Origin: Takakia lepidozioides
Taxonomy: Eukaryota > Plantae > Bryophyta
Length of the DNA: 64,000 nucleotides
NCBI GenBank assembly: GCA_030704615.1
Contig: CM060733.1
Coordinates: 21,452,001 to 21,516,000, forward strand
Direction of reading: 5' to 3'
Part shown: positions 59,394-64,000 of the stretch, one piece after another
How positions within the stretch are numbered: the stretch's first letter is position 1
Layout of the letters: each line of letters opens with the position of its first letter
Notes under the pieces: model-generated
Seen by the model: the letters and a program-made list of their open reading frames with translations, nothing else
Told to the model about the DNA's origin: nothing
Database searches by the model: none
Translations under genes and position numbers: made by a program

Positions 59394-62300
59394 CCATTTC
59401 GTAGTATATAATCAGTGGCTGTAATTATGTACCTGTTCCGTGTATTCTTGGCTGGTGGGTTAATTGGTCCAGTCTAGTCCCCATTTCTGAAATGGTTCCG
59501 TAGGCATTGTAGGATGCAAGGCCATCCTTCCAGATCTCTGCAAAGGTCCTAGCCTCTGACATTCATCACAACTCTGACAATACTCGTGTACATCTTTGAA
59601 CAAGTAGGCCACAGTAACCTGCGAGTAGTAGCTTCCTACTGGTAGTCTCTTCTCCAAAATGACCTCCAGCCACTCCTTTATGAACTTCCTCCCAAACTTT
59701 ATTTACTTCATGGTGGTACAAACATCGTTTTAGTACTCCATCAGGTCCTAGCTTATACATTCTGCTTCCTACCATAGTATAAGGTAAAGCTTTGATAGCG
59801 ATTCTCTTCCTCTGCTCCTTACCATAACTAGGTGGGCATTGACCATGAGTAAGGTAGTATCCAACCTTCTGTGCGTAGTTGGGATTCATTCTGTACCTCG
59901 TCTGCTTGATTGGTACTGACCCTGGTTCCAATTCAATTTTATGCTGACAGACTTCAGGTGGTTATTCCTTTAGATCCTCATAGCTCCAAGCAAATACATC
60001 TCTGTATTTGATGAACAAGCTCTTAGCTTCTTCAAAGAATTCTGGCTCCAAATCAGCTCCTCTTTCACCATCCTCGGTTCCTCTTTAGTTCCCACATTCA
60101 CTCCTCACCTGCTCTCAGCTGTGATTGTCCAAACCAGTCACCACTTCATCCTGTAAGCTCACAGTGGCTAGTTCCTCTAGGATTTCCATTTCTCCTTCTC
60201 TTTCTTCATAGAAATGTGATGGGTAACTGCTGGTTTCCTCTTCAGTTGGTGTTGCTGTCACTACACCACAGCAGATACCTCTTAAACAACTTAGGGCTTT
60301 CCAGCCGCATCTCTGCAACTTGCTCCCACTCTGGGTGTGCAGCACACAGGTAGCTTTTCTGCTCCTCATCCAGTCCTTCTCTCCAGTCATATCTCTGACT
60401 CCTCGAGGTCTTCTCGTAGCAGGTATCTACTAGATTTTTTTGGTAATTTGTATCTCGTGTATCCCATTATGCACGGTTAATAACTGAGAATTCCAGTCAT
60501 GGAATACCTTGCCTGCTTCAGCCACGACGTCCCAATAATAAGGAGTAAGCCTCCATGACTTCATCCATCTTCAACACAGTTACTGTGATCATAAAGATCA
60601 TCTTCTGTATCTGTATCTAACTCCTCTTATTAATTCCCAATGGCTGTACACTTCTTGATCTGCCATTGTTTACTGTAAATGGGGCTGGTTCATGTTACTT
60701 AGACCAAGCTTCTTTCTCAATTGTCTTGTCATGATATATTTACTCCAGAACCTCCATCTATCAGTACATCAGTTAGTTCTGTGCTTCCAATTCTCAATTG
60801 GATTACTGGCATAGAATCATCAAAGTCCATGACTATTTCTTGCCTTTCCGGCTTCACAGTATAACTGGTCACCTTGCTGTTCAGGTCTGTGTTTCCGGTC
60901 TCCTGGGCAATTCGATTGATTGCTTGATACAGCCTGTGCTACAATAAGGTGCCACAGCCAATAGCTGTCCAATGGTAATTTCTGCTTTGGTCTGGCATAT
61001 ATACTTCAGCCAAAGTTTCTTCATTACTTTGCATGTCTTCATCAACTTTCGTCCTTTCATCTTCACTCCTTCTTCTTCTCCATCAGAATCAGAGGAATCT
61101 GTCATAGGAATATCAGTACTCTTCTGCATTTCCCTTATGGTATCTGCAACTTCCTTGTGCAGTTCCTTCTCCTCTCCTCCAAGCCCCATCATCTTCAGGT
61201 ATATCACTGCCACCTTCATTATCTATCATTTCCTCAACTACCGGAGGTATTAATTGGCTTTGCTTCTGGTTACTATCATTGTACTTACTTCTGGTACAAC
61301 ACATGGCCTAACCATGTGAGCTGCCACCACTGGGCCCTCATTCACAGGAGCTCTCATCTCATTCTGGTGTCTATCCAGAATGAACAGGCTGCCTTGCGAT
61401 GTCCTGGCTGATTACAATAGTAACATAGTTCTCACCATTGGGCCCCTCGCCTTGGTCTGCTCTTGGATTATTTCTGAATCCTGATTCCCGGGCTGGTAAT
61501 TCCCCCTTGGATTACCTTGATAGTTGCCTCTGGAATTTCCCTGATAATTTCCTCTTGAATTACCTCTCCCTTCCATGTCATTGTTATAACCACCAGACCT
61601 ACCATAGTGGTCCTGATCATTGTTTCTTCTTGGCTGGGGCTGCACCTGATGCACCCTTACTTGCCTAGGTTCTCTTGCAGCTGTCCTTCTGTGGTAGTAA
61701 CAATTCTCAGTAGAATGGTTATCCATTTTACAGATAGTACAGTGTTTCTCCTTCATGTGGCATTCTGTGGTGGTATGGCCTTCATTTTGGCACTTGCACA
61801 ACATACACCCTTCCTCCAATGTGTTGCAGCCTCTATGGCATATTTCTTCAAGATTTCTTCAATCTTTTTTCATAGTTATCCCTCTTCAACTTCTCCTTTC
61901 TCTTACTCTTCCTTTTTAGTTCTTGCTCTTCTTCTTCATCTGACTCCTCCTCAGAGTCTTCATCATCCCTTTTCTCTCTCCTGAGCATCCCAATTGCTCA
62001 ATTCTGTTTGCAGTTTCAAATGCCTCCTCCACTGTATTATGGGGTAAAATATCCACTTTCTTTTGCAACTCTGGCCTAGTCCACTCACAAACCAAGTCTT
62101 CTGTAAACCGGGTGCTGGTACTGCCAGCCAGCTTTTTCATCATCAATTCCATCTTTCCATATACTCCTCAACAGTTTCATGCTTCTTTTGCTTTAACTGT
62201 TGTAAACTTCCATACACTTCATCCTCAGTTTTACTTGTCCTGAACCTATTTCGAAATGTTGTATTCAAGCATTCCAGGTTAGGAAATGATTATCAGGGAA

Positions 62301-64000
62301 TCTTGCATACCATTCACTTGCTTCTTTATAAGTGAACACGGAAACAGTCTCATCTTGGCATCATCGCCATTCTCATTGTTCACTATACACATGTGCTCGA
62401 ATTGGCTAATGTGTACATCAGGATCCCCTTTTCCTGAATAATATGGAAAAGGTGGTTTTGTGGCCCTACCTTCTGCCCACTGACAGGTGCTGGCACCCTT
62501 GCTGGTGCTGGTCCTTCTGGACCTGTTGTTTTTGTGGGGATCTTCCACAAGTGGTGGCCCTTGAGCACTCCCTGCTTCCCGGCTCCACGATATTCACAGT
62601 ATTCCCAGCTTTAGTTGCACTACTTCCCACACTCCCTGTCCCCCCAGAGCCAGATCCAGGCAGCCCGCCTGATCCCCCTGAGCCGACACCTTCGTTGGCC
62701 TGCGATCCAAGTGCTCCACTTGATCCAGGTCCAACGGGTTGGGATGTCCTGGTTGTAGTCTCAACCTCAGCTGTTGGGTCTACTTATTCATATTCTTCCT
62801 CTTCCAATTTCTTCTCTCTGTTTTCATCCTCCAAGTTTTGCCCTTGGGTTTCTTCTTCACTCATGTAACTCAACTGCAATGGTGTTGGAGAGTCTGAACT
62901 CTCCGTTGGCTTTGCCACATCCTCTCCTCCTTCTTCACCTTCCGCTTCAGAAACTGGAGTTCATGCTTTTGGTGTTCCATGCCAACTCTTATCAAAGATT
63001 TCTGTCAAAATTTTTATCCAGGGATTTCACCACCTCGTGATTGATTTTCTTCTCGTACCAATTCCCTTAATCTTTCTCGCAAAGGAACAGAAGGAGTGTC
63101 ATTCAACTCTAGTTCTTCTGGTATGGGTGATGTACTCTTTGATCTTAATGGCGTGAGGAATCTGGGGTTGGTCGCCTCTGTACCAAATTGTTGCAGCAGG
63201 TGAGATCCCTGAGTTTGCGGGTGACAATTTCTTGCAGATTGGATACTTTCTATACGGAGGCATGCCCCCATACAAGGAAGCCCGAACCCAGGTGCGTGAA
63301 GGGCTTGCAGCCCTTCGGGGTGGCAAGATACTTTGGCGGTGTTCGACGTGGATATCCAGTACAAACCGGGACGGGACAATGCCTCGCCGTTCTGAATCCT
63401 ATTGCCTTCAGAATGGTGTGGGAGTATACCTTATGGTGCAGGGGGCAAGAAAAAAGCCTTGAAGGACTTCAACAAAATTTTGAAGCATCGGAAGGATGTC
63501 GACATGGGCTGGCTTCCTTGTCCACCAGGTGTGTATTGCCCTTACCACGGTTCGTGCTACTGCATTTCAGTTCCTGGTGGTTCTTAACAATGTCCTTGGT
63601 GTTGTTCTCATTTCATTTCTTGTCACGGCCACATTTTCACAATGCCGATGTTGGTGTGCAGGCTGTCTTGACTACGGGGAATCTAGCCTACATGACAAAC
63701 TTGAGGCTGCCCGACAAATCCTCCATGAGGTCCACATTGAGAGGCTCACAAAGGATGAGGCATGTTTCTGCAATGCCAAGTGTGGACATAAGGAGGCGGC
63801 TGTCCTTGAACCGCAGTCAAGCGCACTCGTTCACCTGAGTACAAATACGAACATGGGGGCACTCATTTTGGCCGCTAACATGGCATGCAATTCCACACCT
63901 TCTGATGAGGCCAACAATGCCGTGGTAGAACATGTGCTGTCGGATCCTGTCCTCCCTCAGGCCCAAACGATCCTGCCTGCTGAAGAAACTTGTGGCGACA

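Larger units (their letters stand above)
52941..63100 (-). mobile_element. Non-chromoviral Ty3/gypsy derivative: gag, protease, RT/RNaseH deleted, integrase, large 3' accessory ORF; 5' end not resolved
   Basis: gag YSGKGDPDVHISQF plus two CCHC knuckles (61412-62550); protease LIDGGSGVN near 60760; integrase 57942-59862 (GHFG, WGLD, FISDQGSHF, GNGQAE, WKGPY). Confidence 0.88.

Noticed and set aside
63621-64000. TGTCACG...GGCGACA as an LTR
   Set aside because: No similarity to 52941-53587 beyond the termini, and the right end coincides with the window edge.
1-64000. tRNA/rRNA genes, and a prokaryotic or contaminant origin of the window
   Set aside because: No RNA genes were recognised. The prokaryote-like ParB-MTase gene has spliceosomal introns, and all such genes are embedded among plant TEs and plant gene fragments. 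Most short ORFs in the track are antisense shadows of TE genes.

Overview
Eukaryotic nuclear DNA from a non-seed land plant (bryophyte, lycophyte or fern level). The evidence is GT-AG introns, PLS-type PPR remnants, RbcX, alpha-tubulin acetyltransferase, a microbial-type terpene synthase and C->T-type nonsense mutations. The window is mostly nested, decaying transposons plus gene fragments, with one or two plausible host genes. Two candidate undescribed systems stand out. (1) A PHD-finger-bearing Ty3/gypsy element (9841-19177, minus strand) has split direct repeats B...A-gc-B-t-A instead of two LTRs, a self-priming PBS, a DDE integrase and a 4-bp TSD. This is the structure expected if a 2-LTR circle was integrated through a palindromic CA-GC-TG site inside the LTR. 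(2) A Mutator-like transposase sits head-to-head with a spliced ParB/Srx-like + beta-class N6A/N4C DNA-methyltransferase-like fusion gene, whose first intron holds an array of ~38-bp palindromes (1-8371). Also present are RNaseH+RLE (Dualen/RandI-like) LINEs with a twin-priming inversion, a phage-type ssDNA-binding-protein-like ORF, an RT-less gypsy with a very large accessory ORF, and a Ulp1-carrying MULE that truncates the terpene synthase. All family calls come from motif recognition by eye; no searches were run.
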